Shown here piece by piece: positions 40,284-47,255 of a stretch of 50,335 bases of DNA; position 1 is the stretch's first letter; every line of letters begins with the position of its first letter. Location of the stretch: IMG/VR virus record IMGVR_UViG_3300030330_004809, positions 1-50,335 of that record, one strand, 5' to 3'. A program made the position numbers and the translations under genes. The notes beneath the pieces are model-generated. The model saw only the letters and a list, made by a program, of their open reading frames with translations. It was not told the origin of the DNA and made no database searches. The stretch is from a virus. Lineage: Duplodnaviria; Caudoviricetes.

Positions 40284-41057
40284 TCAGGGGCAATGTTCCG
40301 TTTCGTGGAACGGACAATATTTACAAGATAATCTATTTTTGATGTATCTTTTCTTAGTTATATTATAAAGCGCTTTGTCCAGAAAGTCAAGTGAATTTTT
40401 TGTTTTTCTTTCACCACTTGTTACCCGGAACAACTCAATCCTGTTTTTCTTAGCTGTGCGTTTAAGTAATCCAAAGTGGGTAGACACAGTTCTTGGATTC
40501 AGATCTAACTTCTTGGAATAATAATACTTGTACAGTACAAGCTGCCTGACATAGAGTATGTCTGCCTTTTTTCTAGCGTTCCAACCCCACGAACAAGTCT
40601 TCCAATCGATAACGTGGTAGTGTCCTTGTCCATCTTTCAACACAAGGTCTATGAAACCCTTGAAATCGTATCCGGGTACCCTTGATTCTGTGATGGGCTC
40701 CTTTAGGACTTCTTCGGTAGCCACCAGAGTCCAACCACCTTTGTCAGCAAAGTATTCATCTAAGGAAGGTTCTACTAGCTCAAAGATTCCGTTTACTTGC
40801 TTTCTCATTTCTGAGGCTAGCTCTGAATCTTCTGTTAACCCTATCTCTTCTAGCTGCTCAGTAAATATGCGATGGAAATGTTCGTAGGGCTCTGTGATGT
40901 TCCTCAGTAGCATATTTTCTATTGTTTCATGCACCGCAGTTCCAAAACAAGTGTGTTCAGTGCCCTGGAATGTTTGTACCTTGTCTATGTATAATAGCTT
41001 GTGCCTCCAAGTACATTCTGTCCAGTTCTTTAATTCAGAATAAGAAATATGCGGCAA
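40284..41057 (-). CDS. PD-(D/E)XK nuclease, Cas4/RecB/AddB-like
   Basis: ISYS...C, GTAVH, E, GFIDLV, IDWKT, QL.LY and C-terminal CKYC......C (four-Cys Fe-S arrangement). Confidence 0.9.
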   Translation of the reverse strand: MPHISYSELKNWTECTWRHKLLYIDKVQTFQGTEHTCFGTAVHETIENMLLRNITEPYEHFHRIFTEQLEEIGLTEDSELASEMRKQVNGIFELVEPSLDEYFADKGGWTLVATEEVLKEPITESRVPGYDFKGFIDLVLKDGQGHYHVIDWKTCSWGWNARKKADILYVRQLVLYKYYYSKKLDLNPRTVSTHFGLLKRTAKKNRIELFRVTSGERKTKNSLDFLDKALYNITKKRYIKNRLSCKYCPFHETEHCP

Positions 41058-41058
41058 C

Positions 41059-41757
41059 CTACACCTCGTCTACATTACAAACCATTGCAACCTTTTCAAA
41101 TGCTACAGGGCTTATTCTCATAACATATGATGGATCTTCTAGCAAGTAATGCTCCAACGCAGTGGCAAAATATTCTCTGATGCTTGTTACTGCGTATGGC
41201 CTGATAAATAGTCCGGTACAGAAGGTCTCTAGCTTATCATATCCTAAATCCTTATAAAGGAAATCATCTAGCTCTTTCGAATACTCTATATCGGTAAATG
41301 ATACATCGCTAGCATTATCTAAGTACCCATATTCATAGATTAGGTCTCTAAGTCTTTTTCTCTTTCCAAGAAATTCGCGCTGTATCTTATTATCCGAATA
41401 TATCTCTCTCGCGTATATATCCTCAGCAGCATGAGCCAATTCATGTATTAGGTCATCAATCATATCTGCGTCGTTATCTTGATCGTTAGTAACAAATATA
41501 GCACCATCTCGATACATGGCGTTAACCTGCTTTTCTTCAAACTCTTTAAAGTTTCCTACATAAAAAGCGTCTACTTCACTTGTTATTTGAAATGGAATCT
41601 TCTCTTCAACTTTATTTATGACGTTTACAATATTTATATTATCAGGAAGAGGGTCTTTGATGAAAAAATCAATGAGACCAAATATCTTAAAATGCTTTTG
41701 GTTTCGCACACTTTTATCAGCAGACTCTTTTATAAAGCCCTCTAACTTATCGCTCAT
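41059..41757 (-). CDS. Zincin-like metallopeptidase
   Basis: IHELAH (HExxH) and downstream YA....REYFA supplying a third ligand. Confidence 0.65.
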   Translation of the reverse strand: MSDKLEGFIKESADKSVRNQKHFKIFGLIDFFIKDPLPDNINIVNVINKVEEKIPFQITSEVDAFYVGNFKEFEEKQVNAMYRDGAIFVTNDQDNDADMIDDLIHELAHAAEDIYAREIYSDNKIQREFLGKRKRLRDLIYEYGYLDNASDVSFTDIEYSKELDDFLYKDLGYDKLETFCTGLFIRPYAVTSIREYFATALEHYLLEDPSYVMRISPVAFEKVAMVCNVDEV

Positions 41758-42014
41758 TCTTCGACCCCAAAGGCCTTTAGATCCTCAATACCCTGCTCGT
41801 ACCCTCTAATCCAATTCTCTTCCGCTAAGGAAAGAGCAACCTCAGGAAACTCATCAGCAAGCACGTTGACAACCATGTCTACTGTGACGGTATTATCTTC
41901 GGGATCTAATTTATTACCAACATACTCAATCATATAATCTTTTAGTTCTGACGATACATCAGAGATTTTTGTATCACTAACATTTTCATCAGACCACTTA
42001 ATTGTTAAACTCAT
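41754..42014 (-). CDS. Small acidic hypothetical protein, first gene of the sigma70-driven operon
   Basis: 86 aa with a GAGGAG RBS directly after the promoter. Confidence 0.75.
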   Translation of the reverse strand: MSLTIKWSDENVSDTKISDVSSELKDYMIEYVGNKLDPEDNTVTVDMVVNVLADEFPEVALSLAEENWIRGYEQGIEDLKAFGVEE

Positions 42015-42029
42015 TTTAACTCCTCTTAC

Positions 42030-42057
42030 ATTATAACATCTTTTTTGTAAATGTCAA
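42030..42057 (-). promoter_or_regulatory. Consensus sigma70 promoter with extended -10
   Basis: Minus strand TTGACA (42057-42052), 16 nt spacer ending in TGt, then TATAAT (42035-42030). Confidence 0.9.
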
Positions 42058-42064
42058 GAGAACA

Positions 42065-43420
42065 TTAAAGTGCCTTAGCTGCAAGCGTGGCAACATTTGA
42101 TCTCTCGCCCTTCTTAAGTGTTATATGGCCCGACAATTCATACGCCTTAAGCTTTTCTATTGCATGAGTAAGGCCAGATGACATCTCATTAACATAGATA
42201 TTATCAATCTGCTCGATGTCGCCAGTCAGAACAATCTTTGTCCCTTCGCCAACTCTTGTCAAAATTGTCTTAATCTCATGTGCTGTCAGATTTTGGGCCT
42301 CATCAATAACAATAAAAGCGTTTGCAATTGAACGTCCTCGTATGTAAGTCAGAGCTTCAATCTCGATTAGCCCACGGTGCATATATTCATCTAATGTAGT
42401 TTGGTCATCTCCAGTGAGGAACTTTAGGTTATCCTGCACAGGGGCGAGCCAGGGAGCCATCTTCTCCTGCATAGAGCCTGGTAAGAACCCAATGTCTCTA
42501 CCCATAGGCATAACTGGTCTAGAAACCACCAGGCGCTTGTAAGGGGTCCTACAGAATGTTTCGTCGTTGAGCTTATCCTTGACCTTCTTGTTGTTAACAA
42601 CCTGTTCCAGGCCCGCTGCTATGGCCATTAGAGTCTTACCGGAGCCTGCTTTTCCTATCAAGGACACAACCTGAACCTCAGGGTCCATTAAAAGGTCAAG
42701 CGCAAACATCTGCTCTTTGTTGCGAGCCCTTACACCCCATAGGCCCTCCTTAAACTCAACCACCTTGTCTAAGGGGGTCGCGTAGTTATAGAATCTAGAA
42801 AGAGCAGTCTTCTTTTCATTAGAACTGGACACCAACATCACAAACTGATTTGGGTGGAGCCCTGGGTTCTCTTCTTTGTCTATTAAAATAGATTCACCCT
42901 CATAAAAGTGATCAATCACCTGGTCATCAACTAAGCAAGTACTTAGCCCTGAGTAGAGATCAGATTCTTTCTTGATTACTTGATTCTCTACATAGTCTTC
43001 GGTTAGGAGCCCTATAGAGTCGCAGATAACTCTCATATTAATATCTCTGCTTACAAGTATTGTTTTTCTACTACCGTTAGACTCATTCTCTGATAAGGCT
43101 GTAGAAATAATAACATGGTCGGCCACTGATCTATCTAGGTCGTGCGGCAACTCATGTGTAGCATGATCTGCGATTTTTAGAATGCCTTTACCTTTACCTA
43201 GGCGTATGCCAACCTGTAAACTACCCTTTGCTCTAAGATCGTCTAGGGCTCGAATTATTTTTCGAGCATTGACACCTACGCTATCTTGGCGCTTCTTGTG
43301 GTTATCTATCTCTTCCAATACTTTTAATGGAATTAAAATATCATTATTTCCATAATTGTAGATACATTCTGAGTCTGTGAGACAGACACTGGTGTCAAAG
43401 ACATATGTTTTTTTAGCCAT
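42065..43420 (-). CDS. phoH: PIN-PhoH (PhoH2-type) protein
   Basis: N-terminal PIN domain (YVFDTSV, VLEEID, D..I, SRD.N.R). C-terminal GKAGSGKT, GFLPG, YIRGRS, DEAQN, GD..QID. Confidence 0.93.
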   Translation of the reverse strand: MAKKTYVFDTSVCLTDSECIYNYGNNDILIPLKVLEEIDNHKKRQDSVGVNARKIIRALDDLRAKGSLQVGIRLGKGKGILKIADHATHELPHDLDRSVADHVIISTALSENESNGSRKTILVSRDINMRVICDSIGLLTEDYVENQVIKKESDLYSGLSTCLVDDQVIDHFYEGESILIDKEENPGLHPNQFVMLVSSSNEKKTALSRFYNYATPLDKVVEFKEGLWGVRARNKEQMFALDLLMDPEVQVVSLIGKAGSGKTLMAIAAGLEQVVNNKKVKDKLNDETFCRTPYKRLVVSRPVMPMGRDIGFLPGSMQEKMAPWLAPVQDNLKFLTGDDQTTLDEYMHRGLIEIEALTYIRGRSIANAFIVIDEAQNLTAHEIKTILTRVGEGTKIVLTGDIEQIDNIYVNEMSSGLTHAIEKLKAYELSGHITLKKGERSNVATLAAKAL

Positions 43421-43444
43421 GTATAGTTACCGCTCCATCTATTA

Positions 43445-43452
43445 TAAATAGT
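43445..43452 (-). promoter_or_regulatory. ACTATTTA motif, candidate late promoter
   Basis: 24 nt upstream of the PhoH ATG. Confidence 0.55.
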
Positions 43453-43712
43453 CAATACCGCTCTATATCAGACTCTTTTACCCATACAATATATCTTTTA
43501 TCTGCCTGGTAGCTCAGACCTTCTAAGAAGCATCCCACAACGGTAACAGCTACTAGTTCCTGCTGTTTCTTCCACGGAGGACATTTTACAATAGCATCAG
43601 CTGCGAATACACATTTTTTATCTTTTGAAGGATAGTTGAAATTGTAGTGCCCAATCTCTGTGGCCTGTGCTACTGTTCCTTTTCTCACCATCTTACTTCT
43701 TGACTCATACAT
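43452..43712 (-). CDS. Hypothetical protein
   Basis: 86 aa ORF that fills the gap in the co-oriented series. Confidence 0.65.
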   Translation of the reverse strand: MYESRSKMVRKGTVAQATEIGHYNFNYPSKDKKCVFAADAIVKCPPWKKQQELVAVTVVGCFLEGLSYQADKRYIVWVKESDIERY

Positions 43713-43714
43713 AA

Positions 43715-43888
43715 TTATTTATTTACCTTATCACTGATTTTTTGTTCTAGACAATCTTGAATTATTGTCATGTCTGTTACTTGGTATCCTAACGCGCTAA
43801 AGCACATTGAACAAACTATTGCTGCCACTGCTGCTCCGACTACTGTCCCAATTAAGATTCCAATCTCAAACTTTATAAATTTTTTCAC
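43715..43888 (-). CDS. Small membrane protein (57 aa, below the ORF track cutoff)
   Basis: GTG at 43888 gives MKKFIKFEIGILIGTVVGAAVAAIVCSMCFSALGYQ...KVNK, stopping 2 nt before the next ATG. Confidence 0.65.
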   Translation of the reverse strand: MKKFIKFEIGILIGTVVGAAVAAIVCSMCFSALGYQVTDMTIIQDCLEQKISDKVNK

Positions 43889-43928
43889 AACATGGGCCCC
43901 CCATTTTAATGTTAGAAATAAACCTTAC

Positions 43929-44276
43929 TTAACACTTGGCAAAGTACTCTGATAAAAGCCTATTTGTATAATGATTCTGTTCAATAGCTGTCTTCTTTCT
44001 GTGACAATTAGCACATCGAACTTCACACTTTGCTGCTTCTTCTAATATTGAATCCCAAGAATATTCTTTGCTTATTAAAGTACTAATATTATGTTTTTTG
44101 TTGTTTAAGTGATCAAAATCTAAAACCCTAGGATCCGTTTCGCCGCAATCAACACAAGGGTGACTTGAATAAAAGTCCATCATTTTTCTTTTAATAGATT
44201 CTCTTCGTTCGGAACGTCTACACATGGAATAACTCCCTTTTTTTGTAGACTTATCCTTTGAAGACTGTTTTGTCAA
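43929..44276 (-). CDS. HNH endonuclease
   Basis: PCVDCG...VLDFDH...KCEVRCANCHRKKT. Confidence 0.88.
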   Translation of the reverse strand: MTKQSSKDKSTKKGSYSMCRRSERRESIKRKMMDFYSSHPCVDCGETDPRVLDFDHLNNKKHNISTLISKEYSWDSILEEAAKCEVRCANCHRKKTAIEQNHYTNRLLSEYFAKC

Positions 44277-44300
44277 TCCTAAACACCTCAGTTCTAATTG

Positions 44301-44308
44301 TAAATAGT
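44301..44308 (-). promoter_or_regulatory. ACTATTTA motif, candidate late promoter
   Basis: 24 nt upstream of the HNH start. Confidence 0.55.
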
Positions 44309-44332
44309 CGTTACAAAGAGCTTTATTGCTTT

Positions 44333-44992
44333 TTAAAGCCAGCTTTTCAGTCTTGTAACACCATCTTCAATTGTAACATAGGTACAGCTTTCAACCCAAT
44401 CACCACAGTTAACGTAGGTTTTGATATTTTCTTTTTTATCAACCCATATTAAAACTTCTGGCGTATGAGTGTGCCCAGTGATTAGCACGTCTACATCATC
44501 GTTCCACTGGATAATGTCCCAAATTCTTCTTAGTTTTCTTTTTTTAACTGAGAGATCATGGAACCACTTAGTTAGGTTAATATCATACCACCTTTCTATA
44601 AGGTCTTGGAATACAGAGATAATATTCATTAGTAAATTCCAATGAACTATGCCTTTCTCATATTTGTCACCATGCTCTACTCTATAAACTTTACCACCGC
44701 TTGTAAAGTTGTACTCATGACAAAAATAAACACCAAAAGCCTTTAATCCATTAAACTTTTTAAATGATATATCATGATTTCCTATGATATAGATAATCTT
44801 ATTTTCAAAGTTATCTAACAATTTAAATAAAGCACCACTGTGCTTTGTGAAAGAAGGAACCTTGATGAAATCTATAATATCTCCTGCAAGTATAAGCTCA
44901 TCACATTCAAGTGATTGTAAAAATTCTATAAGCTTTTCTTCTTTAGAATATTTACTGCCAATATGCAGATCTGATATTACCACTCTTTTCAT
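44333..44992 (-). CDS. Metallophosphoesterase, LpxH/YbbF-like (UDP-2,3-diacylglucosamine hydrolase family)
   Basis: SDLH, GDIID, GNHD, HGD, GHTH and YVNCGDW. Start revised to ATG at 44992 with a GGAG RBS, because the track start lies inside the tmRNA. Confidence 0.85.
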   Translation of the reverse strand: MKRVVISDLHIGSKYSKEEKLIEFLQSLECDELILAGDIIDFIKVPSFTKHSGALFKLLDNFENKIIYIIGNHDISFKKFNGLKAFGVYFCHEYNFTSGGKVYRVEHGDKYEKGIVHWNLLMNIISVFQDLIERWYDINLTKWFHDLSVKKRKLRRIWDIIQWNDDVDVLITGHTHTPEVLIWVDKKENIKTYVNCGDWVESCTYVTIEDGVTRLKSWL

Positions 44993-45009
44993 AAGATTCT
45001 CCAAAATTA

Positions 45010-45329
45010 TGGAGATGGCGGGAGTCGAACCCGCGTCCAAAGCAATTTTAGTTTCAAGTCATCCACAGGCTTGGCTAGTTTTTCTCGTAAACTAGCAAAA
45101 CATATTTGATTTCACTGCAATCAAAAGACAGGTTCTTTTTTTGATTTTTACAACTTATCTGTTGTTTTGACCAAATTGGATAGAAGGCTCTGGTCAGCCT
45201 CCCGATCAAGCAGCTAGTGCGAGTTCGTAGTTGTTATTATTGGCAACTAAATTTGTTTTGATTTTTTTAGTCATCACGACTGCCTGCACTATCCTCCTCC
45301 GTTACCTTGTCGAAACCAAAAGCATCCCC
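45010..45329 (-). ncRNA. ssrA: tmRNA (one-piece, 320 nt), tag peptide ANNNNYELALAA
   Basis: 5' GGGGATG..GGTTTCGAC and 3' GGACGCGGGTTCGACTCCCGCCATCTCCA. The acceptor stem has the alanine G3-U pair. Tag frame 45244-45206 follows TTAGTT. CCA end is not encoded. Confidence 0.96.
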
Positions 45330-45515
45330 TAAGATATTAAACCACAGTAGATCAAATAAATAATATAATATGACTCCTGCAATAGCTCCTACAGTAGTTA
45401 GTAGGACAGAGGTATTAAACTCTTCTAAAAATATTAGGTTTAGCAAAAAAGAGACTGGTATCGAAACACCAAACCTCCACACTAACGATTTTAATAATGC
45501 TTCTTTTTTAGTCAT
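45267..45515 (-). CDS. DUF2061-like small membrane protein whose 3' end overlaps the tmRNA
   Basis: LLKSLVWR...two hydrophobic helices...YYLFDLLW resembles DUF2061 (K..SWR...YY.HER.W). Confidence 0.7.
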   Translation of the reverse strand: MTKKEALLKSLVWRFGVSIPVSFLLNLIFLEEFNTSVLLTTVGAIAGVILYYLFDLLWFNILGDAFGFDKVTEEDSAGSRDD

Positions 45516-45675
45516 GATAAAATATAAGAAAGTGGTTTACTCACAGAGCCACTATGTTATCCTCTCTTTAATTTAGCTACAAGCTAATAAACCCTATTAA
45601 CTTTATGTAGTAGCAAGGTTCGTTAGAGACATAGAACCTTAAACCTTATAAATTAAAATTCTTATATTATTTATC
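45516..45675 (-). ncRNA. Candidate structured RNA/leader
   Basis: Terminal inverted repeat enclosing three hairpins. No substantial minus-strand ORF. Confidence 0.45.
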
Positions 45676-45678
45676 TAA

Positions 45679-46038
45679 TCAAATGTCTTCTTGAAAAAAA
45701 GAATGTATTTGATACTTTCTAACTAACATATTAAAATGCTTATGCTTTAAACCTAAAAATCGCATAGCTTCGCCTTGTGATCTAGTAGCAGAAACGGCAT
45801 ATTTCAATACAGCTTCTTGTGTTATTCTAACTAAATTATCCCATATTGGCAACCCATAAAGTCTATTTTTTACAGGCCGTGTAGATAATTCTAACTTTAA
45901 AGCTATAATATCCTCTAAAGATAAATTTGATAAAATAGATTCAAATTCTTTATTTATCTTTTTTTCTTTTCTTAATTTATTAATTATACTATAATATTTA
46001 GTTTTGGTTTTTTTACCAACCTTGGTCTTCCAAGCCAT
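45679..46038 (-). CDS. Fis-like helix-turn-helix protein
   Basis: C-terminal EAVLKYAVSATRSQGEAMRFLGL....F..LVRKYQI resembles the Fis HTH. Confidence 0.6.
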   Translation of the reverse strand: MAWKTKVGKKTKTKYYSIINKLRKEKKINKEFESILSNLSLEDIIALKLELSTRPVKNRLYGLPIWDNLVRITQEAVLKYAVSATRSQGEAMRFLGLKHKHFNMLVRKYQIHSFFQEDI

Positions 46039-46907
46039 TATACAGCAGGAGCCTCTTCCTCAGGTGGTATTAATTCATCGCCGCCCTTATCTCTGTCTTG
46101 TGCGGTTTTGATATATTCCTCCTCAGAAGGTGTTGAAGGCTCCTCCAGATCAGGGCTTAAATCTTCTTCAAATTTATCAAAGTAAAGCTTAAGATTTAAA
46201 AGAAGATAATCTCTAAATATTTCTCTTTCAGTCTCATCCCTACCTTCAACCTTAGCATCAGCATCCAGTTTCGAGTATTCATTTTCAATTTGATTTTGGA
46301 TTTTATTAAACGATTCAAAAGCAGAGTTTCTACCAGTGCTGTCTAGCTCTCGATCTTCCAGACCCTTAGCAAACTCATCTTCAGGAGCGATATCCTCCTC
46401 GGGCTGCTTCTTCTTTTCATCACCATAAATGTCAATAAATCCTTCTGGGCTGTCATCATCGACCTTAATAGTAACTTCTTCAAGGTCTTCCTCGATAGCC
46501 TCAGGATCAGCATCAAGATTATTAAGAAGATTCTCAGTAGCGTTCAGGATGTGTTTTCTAAATGAAACTCTCTGCTTTTTGGCGGAAGTAAGTTGCTTGT
46601 AATCTTCTTCGATATTGGGAACAATGTTCTTTAGTAGGTTCTTTAAAAAATTAATGGCCGTAATTTCAGCAGGAGCTTCCGGTGCTCCACCAGTGGCCTC
46701 AGCCTCTTTAATAAGCATTCTAACCGACTCCCTAATCAGCTGCTCCTTCTGCTTATTAGCCTTTATCTCCAGATGCACTTCATGTATGCAGTGCCGAAGG
46801 TACGAGCGAAGAAGGTTAGTATCTTCTTTTAGCAGAATCTTCCTCTCATCATGGCCTTCTTTTATGAGATGGTTAATTACTTTTTTAAGTGATTCAATGT
46901 TAGTCAT
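46038..46907 (-). CDS. Acidic hypothetical protein, possible head-internal protein
   Basis: 289 aa. Repeated LIKE/LKE/LIRE/LEE motifs and an acidic C-terminus. Confidence 0.6.
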   Translation of the reverse strand: MTNIESLKKVINHLIKEGHDERKILLKEDTNLLRSYLRHCIHEVHLEIKANKQKEQLIRESVRMLIKEAEATGGAPEAPAEITAINFLKNLLKNIVPNIEEDYKQLTSAKKQRVSFRKHILNATENLLNNLDADPEAIEEDLEEVTIKVDDDSPEGFIDIYGDEKKKQPEEDIAPEDEFAKGLEDRELDSTGRNSAFESFNKIQNQIENEYSKLDADAKVEGRDETEREIFRDYLLLNLKLYFDKFEEDLSPDLEEPSTPSEEEYIKTAQDRDKGGDELIPPEEEAPAV

Positions 46908-47230
46908 CTTATTATACCTTCCTTAGTTTCGTCATCAGGCTGTGAAGCTGCGTATCCCTCTACCGCTCCGCTAGCCATAGTAGACATTTCCTCTAAAACT
47001 TGCAGCTTCTCCTCAAGAATGTTAACTTGCTCTTGCAATTTTCTAAAAGAACGAGTAATTTCTTGGAGGTGCTTCTTAGCAATCGCAATCTTGTTTTCAT
47101 CTCTTAGGGAGCGTGGTCTTATCGATGAGATAGTTTCACTTAGAGCCTGTAGTAGTGCATGAGGGTTGATATCCTGTCTGCCCTCGCCCATAAGAAACTT
47201 TCTTGTCATCTTGTTAAAATCAATTTTCAT
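46904..47230 (-). CDS. Coiled-coil hypothetical protein
   Basis: Start revised to ATG at 47230 (GAGGA upstream). LQEQVNILEEKLQVLEE. Confidence 0.65.
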   Translation of the reverse strand: MKIDFNKMTRKFLMGEGRQDINPHALLQALSETISSIRPRSLRDENKIAIAKKHLQEITRSFRKLQEQVNILEEKLQVLEEMSTMASGAVEGYAASQPDDETKEGIIR

Positions 47231-47247
47231 AGTAAAAGTCCTCACTA

Positions 47248-47255
47248 TAAATAGT
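47248..47255 (-). promoter_or_regulatory. ACTATTTA motif, candidate late promoter
   Basis: 17 nt upstream of the ATG at 47230. Confidence 0.55.

Noticed and set aside
40284-41057. CRISPR-Cas system suggested by the Cas4-like gene
   Set aside because: No repeat-spacer array and no other cas genes seen.
45010-45040. tRNA-like T-arm and acceptor sequence as a tRNA gene or attachment site
   Set aside because: It pairs with GGGGATG at 45329 and brackets a tag frame, so it is the tmRNA 3' end. No duplicate copy or integrase is in the window.
44993-45040. N-terminal extension MDAGSTPAIS on the phosphoesterase
   Set aside because: This is translated tmRNA 3' end. The ATG at 44992 has its own GGAG RBS.
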